From contig JAZOMF010000075.1 in the NCBI GenBank assembly GCA_045653805.1, positions 1,112 through 65,111 on the forward strand: DNA of 64,000 nucleotides, given 5' to 3'. The position numbers and the translations under genes are program-made. Below are positions 27,529 through 36,677 of this stretch, in pieces. The stretch comes from Eubacteriales bacterium (GTDB lineage: Bacteria; Bacillota; Clostridia; Oscillospirales; CAG-272). Every line of letters starts with the position of its first letter. Positions within the stretch are counted from its first letter, which is position 1. The notes beneath the pieces were generated by a model. The model saw nothing but the letters and a program-made list of their open reading frames with translations, did not search any database and was not told where the DNA came from.

Positions 27529-28968
27529 ATGAAGATAAAAATGAAAAAACATCTTGGATTTACATTGCTCCCCTTTGCTTTTTTGTTCCTTTTTGAGCCA
27601 AATCTTGCTCTTAATGACTACTTGCCCGATTTTATTGGATACATAATTTTGTGCTCGGCTCTCATCAATCTTTCCGACGTTAATCACCGTATTTCAGATG
27701 CTCTAAGTGGTTTCAAAAGAGGAATACTGATAAGTTGTTTGCGCTACATTGCTATTTACCTGCTCCAAAACGTATTTGGAATAGACCAGCTTTACAGCGA
27801 CAATGAAACCTCGGTCGGCACGCTTTTGTTTGCCTTCGTGTTCGCAATACTTGAGCTTATAGTCCTTTTGCCCGCTTATAAAAGCCTTTTTGAAGGACTT
27901 TTGTCCCTCGGTATGATGCACGAAGGAAATTATGTATATTACAGGCGTGTTCACAAAAGAATTGTGGCCGACCCCGAAAGCGGAAAGAGAATAATGTACG
28001 TACGCGAGGGCAAAAGAAACGCCAGCGAAAAGATGTACTCTTTAACAATAGTATTCCTTATTTTCCGTTGCGCAGCATACGTACTCCCCGAATTCACTTC
28101 GCTTGCGACCAACAGCTCCTACGAATTCATCACGCTTCTGCGCTGGATTTCCTTCATAATTGCACTGCCTGTCTGCCTCACTTGGCTGATAAGAGCACTG
28201 ATATATTTCATAAACGTGCGAAAAGATAAACCCTTTATAGCAAGTCTTTCAAGCTTCTATATTTCCGAGATAAGCCAAAGACCAAACGTTATTACCGTCC
28301 GCGTTATTTCGAGCGGATTATGCGTAATCATAGCCGCCTTTGTATCTTCAATGGACTTTTATACCGACCATATTAACATACTCCCCAATGCTATCTTCTA
28401 TATAGTTTTGGCAACAGGCGCACTTTTACTTATAAGATACAGTAAAAAATGGATACCTATTTTAGCACTCTCTTCTGTTGGCACAATAATATCCTGTTAC
28501 ACCAGAGACATCGCTAATGTTCTTTATTCAAACGAAGAATTTTCACCTGTATCCGTCAAAACAGACCTTGAAGCATACCTGTCGTTTTATAAGGTTGTGT
28601 CATTCACTATACTTGATATTATTTGTATACTTGTAACGGTGATATTTGCAGTATTGCTTTTATGGGACGTATATAAGATGCACTCAAATCTTGCCCCCGC
28701 ACTTGAAAATGGCGAGAGAAGAGAAGTCAACGAGCATAAGTGGATATTCTGGCGCGGAGTTTTGGTAGTAAGTTTTCTTGCAGTACTTTCAAGTGCCGCC
28801 AACGTTTATTATATGTTTGTTCAGCCCTACGAAAATATTGGTGAGTGGTATTTCTACTATTCTCCAATCATTGCCATCGTAGCAAGCATTGTATTTGCCT
28901 TGTCGGGTGTGTACTTTACAGTCTTTGTTATGAGCTCGGTAAAAGCCAGATACAATAGAGAATTATAA
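27529..28968 (+). CDS. hypothetical polytopic membrane protein
   Basis: 479 aa with RBS AAAGGAGGG and 10 or more predicted TM segments by eye. Confidence 0.6.
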   Translation: MKIKMKKHLGFTLLPFAFLFLFEPNLALNDYLPDFIGYIILCSALINLSDVNHRISDALSGFKRGILISCLRYIAIYLLQNVFGIDQLYSDNETSVGTLLFAFVFAILELIVLLPAYKSLFEGLLSLGMMHEGNYVYYRRVHKRIVADPESGKRIMYVREGKRNASEKMYSLTIVFLIFRCAAYVLPEFTSLATNSSYEFITLLRWISFIIALPVCLTWLIRALIYFINVRKDKPFIASLSSFYISEISQRPNVITVRVISSGLCVIIAAFVSSMDFYTDHINILPNAIFYIVLATGALLLIRYSKKWIPILALSSVGTIISCYTRDIANVLYSNEEFSPVSVKTDLEAYLSFYKVVSFTILDIICILVTVIFAVLLLWDVYKMHSNLAPALENGERREVNEHKWIFWRGVLVVSFLAVLSSAANVYYMFVQPYENIGEWYFYYSPIIAIVASIVFALSGVYFTVFVMSSVKARYNREL

Positions 28969-29057
28969 TAAAATGAATACTCTGCCACAATTCTGTCAAA
29001 AATTCCTTCGTAACGGGATATCTCGTACAACTAAATTCCATACGGAGGGCATTAAAA

Positions 29058-29186
29058 ATGCAGAACGATCAGCAGTCAGGCAAGAATCAGAGCAACAATA
29101 AGGCTCAGCAGTCCAAAAACCAGAGCAAGAATCAAAACCAGAATCAGAATCAACAGTCCAAGAATCAGAATAAAAACGAAAGATAA
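29058..29186 (+). CDS. 42-aa Q/N/K-rich small protein (not in ORF track)
   Basis: GGAGGG RBS 8 nt before the ATG. Sequence MQNDQQSGKNQSNNKAQQSKNQSKNQNQNQNQQSKNQNKNER, TAA stop, terminator directly after. Confidence 0.6.
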   Translation: MQNDQQSGKNQSNNKAQQSKNQSKNQNQNQNQQSKNQNKNER

Positions 29187-29193
29187 CAAAAAG

Positions 29194-29220
29194 CCGCCGC
29201 GCCTCGGCGTGGCGGTTTTT
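29194..29220 (+). terminator. intrinsic terminator of the small Q/N-rich gene
   Basis: ccgccgcg-cctcgg-cgtggcgg followed by ttttt. Confidence 0.75.
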
Positions 29221-29232
29221 ACATAAACTAAA

Positions 29233-31776
29233 ATGGATTTTAACGAAAGATTTTTAGAACTAAAACGCAAATTATTCAATAAATGCTACTCAAGCCTCAA
29301 CGCAAAGCAGAGAGAGGCGGTTTTTACCGTCAATTCACCTCTCTTGGTACTGGCAGGAGCGGGTAGTGGTAAAACTACGGTGCTTGTAAAGCGCGTTGTC
29401 TTCATAATTAAATACGGAGATGCTTATTACACCGATTTCGTTCCCGAATATGTAGATGAAGCATATATACGTGAAATGGAGGATGCACTTCGTAATCCTG
29501 ACGTATCTATTGCAGAGGATATGCTCACAGACTTTGCATATGCCCCCTGTCAGCCCTACCGAGTGCTTGCCATTACATTTACCAACAAGGCCGCAAAGGA
29601 GATCAAGGAGCGTCTTGCCAAGGCTCTCGACGACGAAACCGTTGCAAACGACATTTGGGCAGGCACCTTCCACTCTATTTGTATGAGAATCCTCCGTGCA
29701 AACTGCGAGAAGATCGGATATAAAAGCGGATTTACCATATATGATGCCGACGACCAGAAAAAGGCTGTCAGCTCGGCGATGAAGCGTTGCGGTATTGACG
29801 AAAAGCAATTTCCCATCAAGAGCGTTATGGCGGCTATAAGCCGTGCGAAGGACAAGCTGATGACCCCAGAGCAGTATGCAGACGAGGTAAATGGCGATTT
29901 CCGTCTTTCAAAGATAGCTCGAGTATATGCAGAGTATCAAAAGACCCTTTTTGAGTCCAACGTAATGGACTTTGACGATATTATCATCAATACCGTCAAG
30001 CTCTTCCGTGTCGATCCTGATATTCTCAACTACTACCAGAGAAAGTTCAAATACGTCTGCGTAGATGAGTATCAGGATACCAACGAGGCACAGTTCGTGC
30101 TTACGTCACTTTTGGCAGGCGGATTCAGAAATATAATGGTAGTTGGTGACGATGATCAGTCTATATATAAATTCAGAGGCGCTACCATTGGCAATATTCT
30201 TGATTTTGACAAATCCTTTGACGATGCCAAGGTAATCAAGCTGGAGCAGAACTATCGCTCCACAAGCACCATCCTCAACGCCGCAAATGCAGTTATTGCA
30301 CATAATAAGGGCAGAAAGGGAAAGACCCTCTGGACAGACGGAGATACCGGTGAGAAGATAACAATTCGCAAGGTTGAGGATCAGAATATCGAGGCAAGAG
30401 ATATTGTCGATATCGTATATAATGCCGTTGCACTAAAGGGAAGAACCTATCGCGATTTTGCCGTGCTCTACCGCACAAATGCACAGTCCAACAGTATCGA
30501 GCGTGCCTTTGCCAAGAGTGGTGTTCCTTATAGAATGCTGGGCGGAGTTCGATTCTCAGACCGAAAGGAAATACGCGACGCAGTGGCGTATCTCCAACTA
30601 ATAGCTAACCACAGCGACCGAGAAAGATTACTCCGTATCATCAACGAGCCCAAGCGCAAGATAGGTGACCGAACAATCGAGGCTATCTCAATGATCGCCG
30701 CAGAGCAGAATTGCTCGCTCTTTGAGGTCATAGAAAAGGCAAGTAAGTACACAGCGCTCTCTCGCAGTGCAGTTACCCTTGAGGGCTTTGCGGAGCTTAT
30801 AAACAGATTGACCGCCATGTCGGAACATCTGTCGCTTACAGACCTTTTTGATGCCGTTCTGGACGAAAGCGGTTACCGTGCTATGCTTGAAGCGGCAGGC
30901 GAAGAGGAGAAGGACAGACTTGACAACCTCGATGAATTTAAATCCAGCATTCAGGAATATTTAAATAACACTGAGACACCGTCGCTCATCGGTTTTTTGG
31001 AAGAAAACGCCCTTGTAGCAGACGTAGACCGTTATGATGATACCGCCGACGCGGTTGTGCTTATGACCATACACAGCGCCAAGGGGCTTGAATTTCCTAT
31101 CGTTATCATTCCCGGATTTGAGGACGGAATATTCCCAAGCTTCCAGACCGCCGTTGGCACTGAAGATGATATGGAAGAGGAGAGAAGACTTGCATACGTT
31201 GCTCTGACTCGCGCCAAGGAGCAGATCTATATCCTTCATACAAAATCTCGACTTTTATACGGTCAGACACAGTACAATCCCATCTCTCGATTTGTTTCCG
31301 AGATTCCGGAGCAATACGTTGAAAGCGAGGATAAGAGCTCAAGCGCTATCTTCACTCAAAACGTAGGTACACATAATAGCGGAAAATCCTACTATTTCGG
31401 TGATAACACATATAGCTCAAGCAAAGCCAATTCCTTTGGAAAACAGTCTGCTAACAAGTTATCGAGCTCAGGCTCAAATATGGGATTGCCATTTGGCGGC
31501 TCCTATTTAGGTGGATTCAGCAAAAACAGTGCGGCTCAAAACCCCAAGTTTGGCAAGGGAAGTACCACATCAGGCTCTCAAAAGACCATATTTGCTCAAA
31601 GTGACGCCCCCAAGACAATATTTGCTCCCGGTGATCGCGTTCGTCACATGACATTTGGAGACGGCGAAGTTCTATCTGTTACTCCCATGAGTAACGACAT
31701 CTTATATGAAGTCATGTTCGATAGAGTAGGAACAAAACGCCTAATGGCAAACTATGCAAAGCTAAAGAAAATTTAA
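29233..31776 (+). CDS. pcrA: ATP-dependent DNA helicase PcrA/UvrD (SF1)
   Basis: 847 aa with AGAGSGKT, DEYQDT and YRS motifs. An S/G/N-rich linker precedes a C-terminal Tudor-like GDRVRHMTFGDGEV. Confidence 0.9.
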   Translation: MDFNERFLELKRKLFNKCYSSLNAKQREAVFTVNSPLLVLAGAGSGKTTVLVKRVVFIIKYGDAYYTDFVPEYVDEAYIREMEDALRNPDVSIAEDMLTDFAYAPCQPYRVLAITFTNKAAKEIKERLAKALDDETVANDIWAGTFHSICMRILRANCEKIGYKSGFTIYDADDQKKAVSSAMKRCGIDEKQFPIKSVMAAISRAKDKLMTPEQYADEVNGDFRLSKIARVYAEYQKTLFESNVMDFDDIIINTVKLFRVDPDILNYYQRKFKYVCVDEYQDTNEAQFVLTSLLAGGFRNIMVVGDDDQSIYKFRGATIGNILDFDKSFDDAKVIKLEQNYRSTSTILNAANAVIAHNKGRKGKTLWTDGDTGEKITIRKVEDQNIEARDIVDIVYNAVALKGRTYRDFAVLYRTNAQSNSIERAFAKSGVPYRMLGGVRFSDRKEIRDAVAYLQLIANHSDRERLLRIINEPKRKIGDRTIEAISMIAAEQNCSLFEVIEKASKYTALSRSAVTLEGFAELINRLTAMSEHLSLTDLFDAVLDESGYRAMLEAAGEEEKDRLDNLDEFKSSIQEYLNNTETPSLIGFLEENALVADVDRYDDTADAVVLMTIHSAKGLEFPIVIIPGFEDGIFPSFQTAVGTEDDMEEERRLAYVALTRAKEQIYILHTKSRLLYGQTQYNPISRFVSEIPEQYVESEDKSSSAIFTQNVGTHNSGKSYYFGDNTYSSSKANSFGKQSANKLSSSGSNMGLPFGGSYLGGFSKNSAAQNPKFGKGSTTSGSQKTIFAQSDAPKTIFAPGDRVRHMTFGDGEVLSVTPMSNDILYEVMFDRVGTKRLMANYAKLKKI

Positions 31777-31905
31777 ATCTACACTTTGATTTTTTAATCT
31801 AAAAACTATGTAAGCGATAAATGCGGTGTCGATTTGACACCGCATTTTATACGTTTATGTGTATGTAAAATCTCCCCGTCTAATGACGGGGAGATAACTT
31901 TTAAA

Positions 31906-33378
31906 TTATTTACCTTGCTTTGCCTTGTTAACATTGACTTCTCTAACGAACTTCTCAATAGACTTGTTGGTGTTATTTGCGAAGGATTTATAGTAAGACG
32001 CCATCTCCTGGCCACCATCAGCAGTATCACGAGTAACGTATGGGAGGAAATAGAGAACTTTGTCAGCAGCATCACCGTAGGTCTGACCGAAATCAGAAGT
32101 AACGGTTTCCCAGATGTATTCATCAAGCATCTTAGCATCTTCAGGAACGTCTGCAACCTGCTTACCAAGCATCTTTTCGTAGAATGTTATCATAACGTCA
32201 TCACTATAGAAGGAAAGAACTTCAAGGGTCTCTCCAACCTTAGTCTCGTTATCAACGTAAGAAGGAACACAAAGGTAACCGCCCCATTGGAGAGAACGGT
32301 AACCAACGTTTTTCTGGTTGGTATCAAACATAGGATAGGGAACAACACCGAAGTCAACGTCATACTTCAAATAACCTTCAAGCCAGTAAGTAGACGCCAA
32401 CTGCATAAGGGTTCTTCCGGAAGTAATCGGAACGCTGGGAGCAGATGTGGATTTAAAGTCGAGATATGAGTACTCAGAATTAACGAAATCCTTAAGCTTT
32501 TTAACAAGAATGTTAGTTTTTTCAGCATTTACGGAATTCATAAATGCGATCTCATATTTGCCGCTTTCATTCATTTCAACAAGATTAATGTTACTTGCAT
32601 GGAAGAAATTGGTCCACGGAACCCACTGCTGACCGGTAAGTCCATAAACGTCATCATCGGTCTTACCGTTACCGGTTTTATCAATAGACACGAGCTGTGC
32701 CAAAGATAGCATTTCATCGAGGGTCCACTCATAATCCTCTACCATCTGGTAAAGAGACTTCTCCATAGAGCCTGCATACTGGTCAAGCATATCCTTGTTA
32801 AATGCTATTACGTAAGTATAAAGAATGTTGAAATTGCTGAAACCCAAATAGTAGCTACCATCGATAGCAAGCATATCCATAAAATCGGCATTCCAATAAT
32901 CCTGATTGAGATCAATGCCGGGAAGCTCATTGAAATCTCTCAAATACATATCTTTAACAAATCCTGCTACACCGGTCTGAACATGAGATATAAGACAGTC
33001 AACAGAACCATCTCGCTTCAACACAGCGTCTCTAAAGGGGTCGACATAGGTGTTATGTCTACCCGCAGAGGTAGCTACGATCTCAACTCCAAGATAGTTA
33101 TATACCTTTTCTTGTCTGGCATATATAGCCTCGGACATAGCATCACCCTCACTCTTTTCAACCCAATAGTACTTCAAAGGGTTAACGTCTGTAAGAACGG
33201 AGAGAAAGAACTGGGATCCATAGTCCTTCTTTTCAACTGATTCGGGAACCTTTTCTGCCTGATCTCCGCCTCCGGGACCTTCGAGCGCTTCGTCTTCAAG
33301 CTGAACACAAGAAGCGAAACAAGCAAGGATCATAAGAAGTGCAAGGACTAAGGCAATAGGCTTAAAATGCTTGATCAT
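31906..33378 (-). CDS. ABC-transporter extracellular solute-binding lipoprotein (sugar type), orphan
   Basis: Start at MIKHFKPIALVLALLMILACFASC (lipobox, AAAGGA RBS). No permease or ATPase genes are adjacent. Confidence 0.7.
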   Translation of the reverse strand: MIKHFKPIALVLALLMILACFASCVQLEDEALEGPGGGDQAEKVPESVEKKDYGSQFFLSVLTDVNPLKYYWVEKSEGDAMSEAIYARQEKVYNYLGVEIVATSAGRHNTYVDPFRDAVLKRDGSVDCLISHVQTGVAGFVKDMYLRDFNELPGIDLNQDYWNADFMDMLAIDGSYYLGFSNFNILYTYVIAFNKDMLDQYAGSMEKSLYQMVEDYEWTLDEMLSLAQLVSIDKTGNGKTDDDVYGLTGQQWVPWTNFFHASNINLVEMNESGKYEIAFMNSVNAEKTNILVKKLKDFVNSEYSYLDFKSTSAPSVPITSGRTLMQLASTYWLEGYLKYDVDFGVVPYPMFDTNQKNVGYRSLQWGGYLCVPSYVDNETKVGETLEVLSFYSDDVMITFYEKMLGKQVADVPEDAKMLDEYIWETVTSDFGQTYGDAADKVLYFLPYVTRDTADGGQEMASYYKSFANNTNKSIEKFVREVNVNKAKQGK

Positions 33379-33449
33379 TTTAGAAAAATCCTTTCTGAAC
33401 ATTAACTACATTTAACTCACCTGCAATAAATACAAGTAAAACCATCGTA

Positions 33450-33478
33450 ATTATAGCACAAATGACTTTTTATGTCAA
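33450..33478 (-). promoter_or_regulatory. consensus promoter of the SBP gene (TTGACA-N17-TGcTATAAT on minus strand)
   Basis: The reverse complement reads ttgacataaaaagtcatttgtgctataat. Confidence 0.6.
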
Positions 33479-33588
33479 TAGTATAAATATGTTACAAAAA
33501 ATATTTACAAATGCTTATAAAAATGTTCAAAAAAGTTAACAATTGTTACACAAAATATCCTTTGGGAACATGACTTTGAAGGTCTGTT

Positions 33589-34545
33589 TCACTCAAAAAC
33601 GCTTTCGATAATCCGCGGACATGTTGACGGAGAATATCGCCAATAAGAAAGATGCTCAACACTTTCACAGTCAATAAAATACTTAAAGCTCGGTAGCGCC
33701 TTTTCTTCGTTTATATATGTATCTATCAACACCAGCTTTATTTTCATTCTCTCGGGGATAATACTCTTGATATATACCGCTGCGGTACGACCGGGTGCAA
33801 CACTCGAAATCCCTGCAGTATCCTTCAGCTCGGCAAGACCCGCAAGGTTTGGAGCAAGCTCCACGAACACACCGTAGTCCTCGACGCTCCTGATGATTCC
33901 TGTAACCGTCTGTCCCGGTGAGAAAAGCGCCGCGTTTTCTTCCCAAGTACCAAGAAGCTCCCTAATTGATACGAATATGCGGTTTTTCTCCTTATCAAAG
34001 GACTTGAACACAGTATTCATTACCATTCCTTTATATAAGCGGTCTTTAGGATGTGAAAAACGAGAAACCGACATACAATCCACAGGCAAGAGCGCAACGA
34101 TGCCGCATCCTATGTCAATAAAGGCGCCAAAGCACTCAAGATGTGTGACACGTGAGCAGATAATATCTCCGGGGATAAGACTGTGAATAAAATTGTGTAG
34201 ACATTCTATCTGTGCCGCACGTCTTGATAGATAGGCAATCGTCTGACCGCCCGACTCAACTATTGAGGTCACTTTAAAGCAGACCTGCTTTCCCACTCTC
34301 GTAATTACGGCAATATCCTTTATATCGTTGTCAGTAGAGTAAAGTACCTCATCGCGGGGAATAATGCCCACAATTCCGCCAAGATCGACGTGAAGATTAA
34401 GCTCCTTGTCGCAGAGAATGACAGTGCTCTCAAGTATCGTCCCCATCTGCATAGCTTTCTCAAGACCAACCCTGCCGCCGCATATAAAGGTCTTATTTTC
34501 TTCGCTTCCGTACAGCAGCCCCTCAGGTCTGTAAATATTCATCAT
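33589..34545 (-). CDS. S1 RNA-binding domain protein (multiple S1 motifs)
   Basis: 318 aa with RBS GGAGG. GxxVxGxV...GAFIDIG and YGVFVELAPNLAGL S1-like segments. Confidence 0.7.
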   Translation of the reverse strand: MMNIYRPEGLLYGSEENKTFICGGRVGLEKAMQMGTILESTVILCDKELNLHVDLGGIVGIIPRDEVLYSTDNDIKDIAVITRVGKQVCFKVTSIVESGGQTIAYLSRRAAQIECLHNFIHSLIPGDIICSRVTHLECFGAFIDIGCGIVALLPVDCMSVSRFSHPKDRLYKGMVMNTVFKSFDKEKNRIFVSIRELLGTWEENAALFSPGQTVTGIIRSVEDYGVFVELAPNLAGLAELKDTAGISSVAPGRTAAVYIKSIIPERMKIKLVLIDTYINEEKALPSFKYFIDCESVEHLSYWRYSPSTCPRIIESVFE

Positions 34546-34785
34546 TTATTTGTCCTCCGATGCTTTTTGATTTACGGTTACAGTCTATGAAAGAAAGGGA
34601 GGAAATATAACATTTTCGAAGAAAATCGGAGAAAAACACATGATAAATTGAAAATTCGGGAAATTTCTAAAAAAAATTTTTGACATCATTCAAAAGCAAA
34701 CGATATGAAAAAACGAGAAAAAACGAGAAAACAAGAGCTTTGTAAAAGGTAAATTAAAAAATTGAAAAAAATTTCAAAAAAGGTA

Positions 34786-34814
34786 TTGACAAACAAAAAG
34801 TGTTGTGATATAAT
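34786..34814 (+). promoter_or_regulatory. rplM-rpsI promoter (TTGACA-N17-TATAAT) with A-rich upstream region
   Basis: ttgacaaacaaaaagtgttgtgatataat. Confidence 0.7.
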
Positions 34815-34858
34815 ATCCAAGGTTTAAAAAATTACTTTTATTTTGGAGGATAACTAAA

Positions 34859-35287
34859 ATGTCTACTTTCATGCAGAAAAAAGAAGCAGTTGTCCGCAAG
34901 TGGTACGTTATCGACGCAGCAAACAAGCCTCTTGGCAGAACCGCTGTTGTTGCAGCCGACCTTCTCCGCGGAAAGAACGCTCCTGAATTCACCCCCCACG
35001 TTGACTGTGGTAACTTCGTTATTATCGTAAATGCTGACAAGGCAGTACTTACCGGTAAGAAGCTCGAGCAGAAATACTATCAGAGACACTCCGGCTACAT
35101 CGGTGGTCTTAAGAGCATTCAGTACAAGAAGCTCATGGCAGAAAAGCCTGAGTTCGCTATGGAAACAGCAGTAAAGGGAATGCTTCCCCACAACGCTCTC
35201 GGTAGAGCAGCGGCAACCAGACTCAAGGTATACTCCGGCGAGGCTCACAAGCATGAGGCTCAGAAGCCCGAGACCTACGAGTTTTAA
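34859..35287 (+). CDS. rplM: 50S ribosomal protein L13
   Basis: 142 aa, WYVIDA...GRTAV... Confidence 0.95.
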   Translation: MSTFMQKKEAVVRKWYVIDAANKPLGRTAVVAADLLRGKNAPEFTPHVDCGNFVIIVNADKAVLTGKKLEQKYYQRHSGYIGGLKSIQYKKLMAEKPEFAMETAVKGMLPHNALGRAAATRLKVYSGEAHKHEAQKPETYEF

Positions 35288-35313
35288 TTAAAGGAAAGGA
35301 AGGAAGATAACCT

Positions 35314-35715
35314 ATGTATACTAGTGCAAAGCCCTACTTCTACGGTACCGGTAGAAGAAAGAAGTCTGTTGCTCGTGTAAGAATTTACCCCGGTAACGGC
35401 AATATCACCATCAACGGCAAGGACATCGACACCTACTTCGGTCTCGAGACCCTTAAGCTCATCATCAACCAGCCTTTCGGCGTAACCGGCACTACCGGCA
35501 AGTTCGACATCGTTGCTAACGTAAACGGTGGCGGTATCTCCGGTCAGGCAGGTGCAATCCGTCACGGTGTAGCTCGTGCGCTCATCACCGCAGACGAGAA
35601 CTACCGTCCCGCTCTCAAGGCAGCTGGATTCCTCACCAGAGACCCTCGTATGAAGGAAAGAAAGAAGTACGGACTCAAGGGCGCTCGTCGTGCTCCTCAG
35701 TTCTCCAAGAGATAA
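35314..35715 (+). CDS. rpsI: 30S ribosomal protein S9
   Basis: 133 aa ending in the canonical RRAPQFSKR. Confidence 0.95.
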   Translation: MYTSAKPYFYGTGRRKKSVARVRIYPGNGNITINGKDIDTYFGLETLKLIINQPFGVTGTTGKFDIVANVNGGGISGQAGAIRHGVARALITADENYRPALKAAGFLTRDPRMKERKKYGLKGARRAPQFSKR

Positions 35716-35777
35716 TTACCCGTTTGGAATTATTTCGATATACAAAAAGCTCTGCTATGCAGGGCTTTTTGTTTTGC
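35703..35777 (+). repeat. T0: native rpsI 3' end (ctccaagagataa) plus terminator; template of repeats T1 and T3
   Basis: ctccaagagataattacccgtttggaattatttcgatatacaaaaagctctgctatgcagggctttttgttttgc. Terminator stem at 35748-35766. Confidence 0.85.
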
Positions 35778-35794
35778 AGGGCAATGCCTTAGTG

Positions 35795-35846
35795 CCGCCG
35801 TTTTTGATTATGAATTTTTGCGGCGGGAGCAAGCCCCCCGCCCTAC
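35795..35846. repeat. R0: GC-rich hairpins ending in CCCTAC (REP-like when read on minus strand: GTAGGG...)
   Basis: ccgccg...cggcgg and ggcggg/cccgcc stems followed by ctac. Confidence 0.5.
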
Positions 35847-35855
35847 GTTTATGGG

Positions 35856-35940
35856 CGGTTCAATTTGTAAAAATTCTGCCGTCCTATTTACTTTTCGCCG
35901 TTTTTATGGTATAATCTAACTAATCGATAAACTTGAATTT
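35856..35940 (+). promoter_or_regulatory. P1: portable promoter/5'UTR module, copy 1
   Basis: cggttcaatttgtaaaaattctgccgtcctaTTTACTtttcgccgtttttaTGgTATAATctaactaatcgataaacttgaattt. Confidence 0.7.
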
Positions 35941-35957
35941 GTTTAGGAGGTATAAAT

Positions 35958-36281
35958 ATGTTTGGGTTGTTTGCTAAAAAGGTTATGAACGAAGAAGCGG
36001 CTAAGTGTTTTTGGGAATGGTTTGCTGAAAAAGAAGAATGGATTATCAGCTGTATTTCCAATCACGACTCCGCATTTGTATGGGCAATTGATGAAAAGTT
36101 AAAACCGGTATTCCCTTATTTCAAGGGAGAACTCGAATTCCAGCTTGGATACAACGATGGCGTTGGAGAATTTTTCTTCTTTCACTTTGGAAAGAAAGAC
36201 CTTGCTCGTGATGGCGAAGCTTTAGGGAAGATGATGCCTCCGGAGATCGCAAAAAATTGGAAACTTATTCTTGAAAAATAA
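35958..36281 (+). CDS. cassette gene A: 107-aa hypothetical cytoplasmic protein
   Basis: AGGAGG RBS. No motif I can recognise. Confidence 0.6.
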   Translation: MFGLFAKKVMNEEAAKCFWEWFAEKEEWIISCISNHDSAFVWAIDEKLKPVFPYFKGELEFQLGYNDGVGEFFFFHFGKKDLARDGEALGKMMPPEIAKNWKLILEK

Positions 36282-36288
36282 ATTGACC

Positions 36289-36468
36289 AATTCCAATTTG
36301 TCGAGAAAAATAGCGTTGAATGTTGGTGTGATTTTTGGTGCAAATTTGGTGCAACACTTTATCAAACGATACTCACGATATTCACGATATCGCACGAAAA
36401 CACACGATAAAGCTACGATATCACACGTATTTCCACGATATTCACGATATCAAACAGTATTGCTAAAA
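36289..36468 (+). repeat. I1: iteron-rich conserved 3' module, copy 1
   Basis: tttggtgcaa occurs twice at 11-bp period. Eight (C/T)ACG(A/T)(A/T) cores are spaced 9-11 bp apart. Near-identical to I3 except for a 31-nt insertion. Confidence 0.8.
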
Positions 36469-36543
36469 CTCGAAGAGATAATTTCTGCCTTACAGAGATT
36501 ATTTCGATATACAAAAAGCTCTGCTTCGGCAGAGCTTTTTGTT
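36469..36543 (+). repeat. T1: displaced copy of rpsI last codons (ctcgaagagataa) plus terminator
   Basis: The in-frame remnant still reads S-K-R-stop (TCC to TCG is synonymous). Terminator agctctgc-ttcg-gcagagct plus T-tract at 36517-36543. Confidence 0.8.
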
Positions 36544-36546
36544 ATT

Positions 36547-36573
36547 GTAGGGGCGTTCATTGAACGCCCCTAC
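36547..36573. repeat. R1: perfect 13-bp-arm palindrome gtaggggcgttca-t-tgaacgcccctac
   Basis: Read directly: GTAG head and CTAC tail. Confidence 0.7.
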
Positions 36574-36582
36574 GGACAAGAG

Positions 36583-36664
36583 CGGTTCAATTTGTAAAAA
36601 ATTGAACTGTTCTATTTACTTTTTGCAAAAATTATGGTACAATACAACTGATAAATAAACTTGA
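36583..36664 (+). promoter_or_regulatory. P2: portable promoter/5'UTR module, copy 2 (diverged)
   Basis: cggttcaatttgtaaaaaattgaactgttctaTTTACTttttgcaaaaattaTGgTACAATacaactgataaataaacttgaaa. Includes an 8-bp hairpin gttcaatt/aattgaac. Confidence 0.6.
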
Positions 36665-36677
36665 AAGGTAATTTATT

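Noticed and set aside
28969-29057. Sporulation-sigma (sigma-G/F-like) promoter upstream of the Q/N-rich peptide (GGATA...CATACGG, TGAATA)
   Set aside because: The best -10-like match overlaps the RBS, so a transcript from it would lack the RBS. The other candidates have poor -10 boxes. I cannot support a promoter call.
29076-29279. 67-aa hydrophobic minus-strand ORF
   Set aside because: It starts inside pcrA, runs through a terminator and has no RBS. Its hydrophobicity is the complement of the Q/N/K codons of the plus-strand peptide, which has a proper RBS and terminator.
33537-33548. 12-bp perfect palindrome TAACAATTGTTA between the S1-domain gene and the SBP promoter, as a possible LacI/CcpA-type operator
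   Set aside because: It lies about 60 bp upstream of the -35, does not match the cre consensus (TGWAANCGNTNWCA), and is an AT-rich palindrome that could arise by chance. It is kept only as a note.
36271-36597. 108-aa ORF (and 37952..38173, 73 aa) with odd SRYSRY / FPRYSRYQTV repeats
   Set aside because: These are translations of the non-coding iteron, rpsI-end and terminator modules. They cross an intrinsic terminator and a promoter, and the 31-nt indel between the two copies would shift the frame. I treat them as DNA/RNA-level repeats, not proteins.
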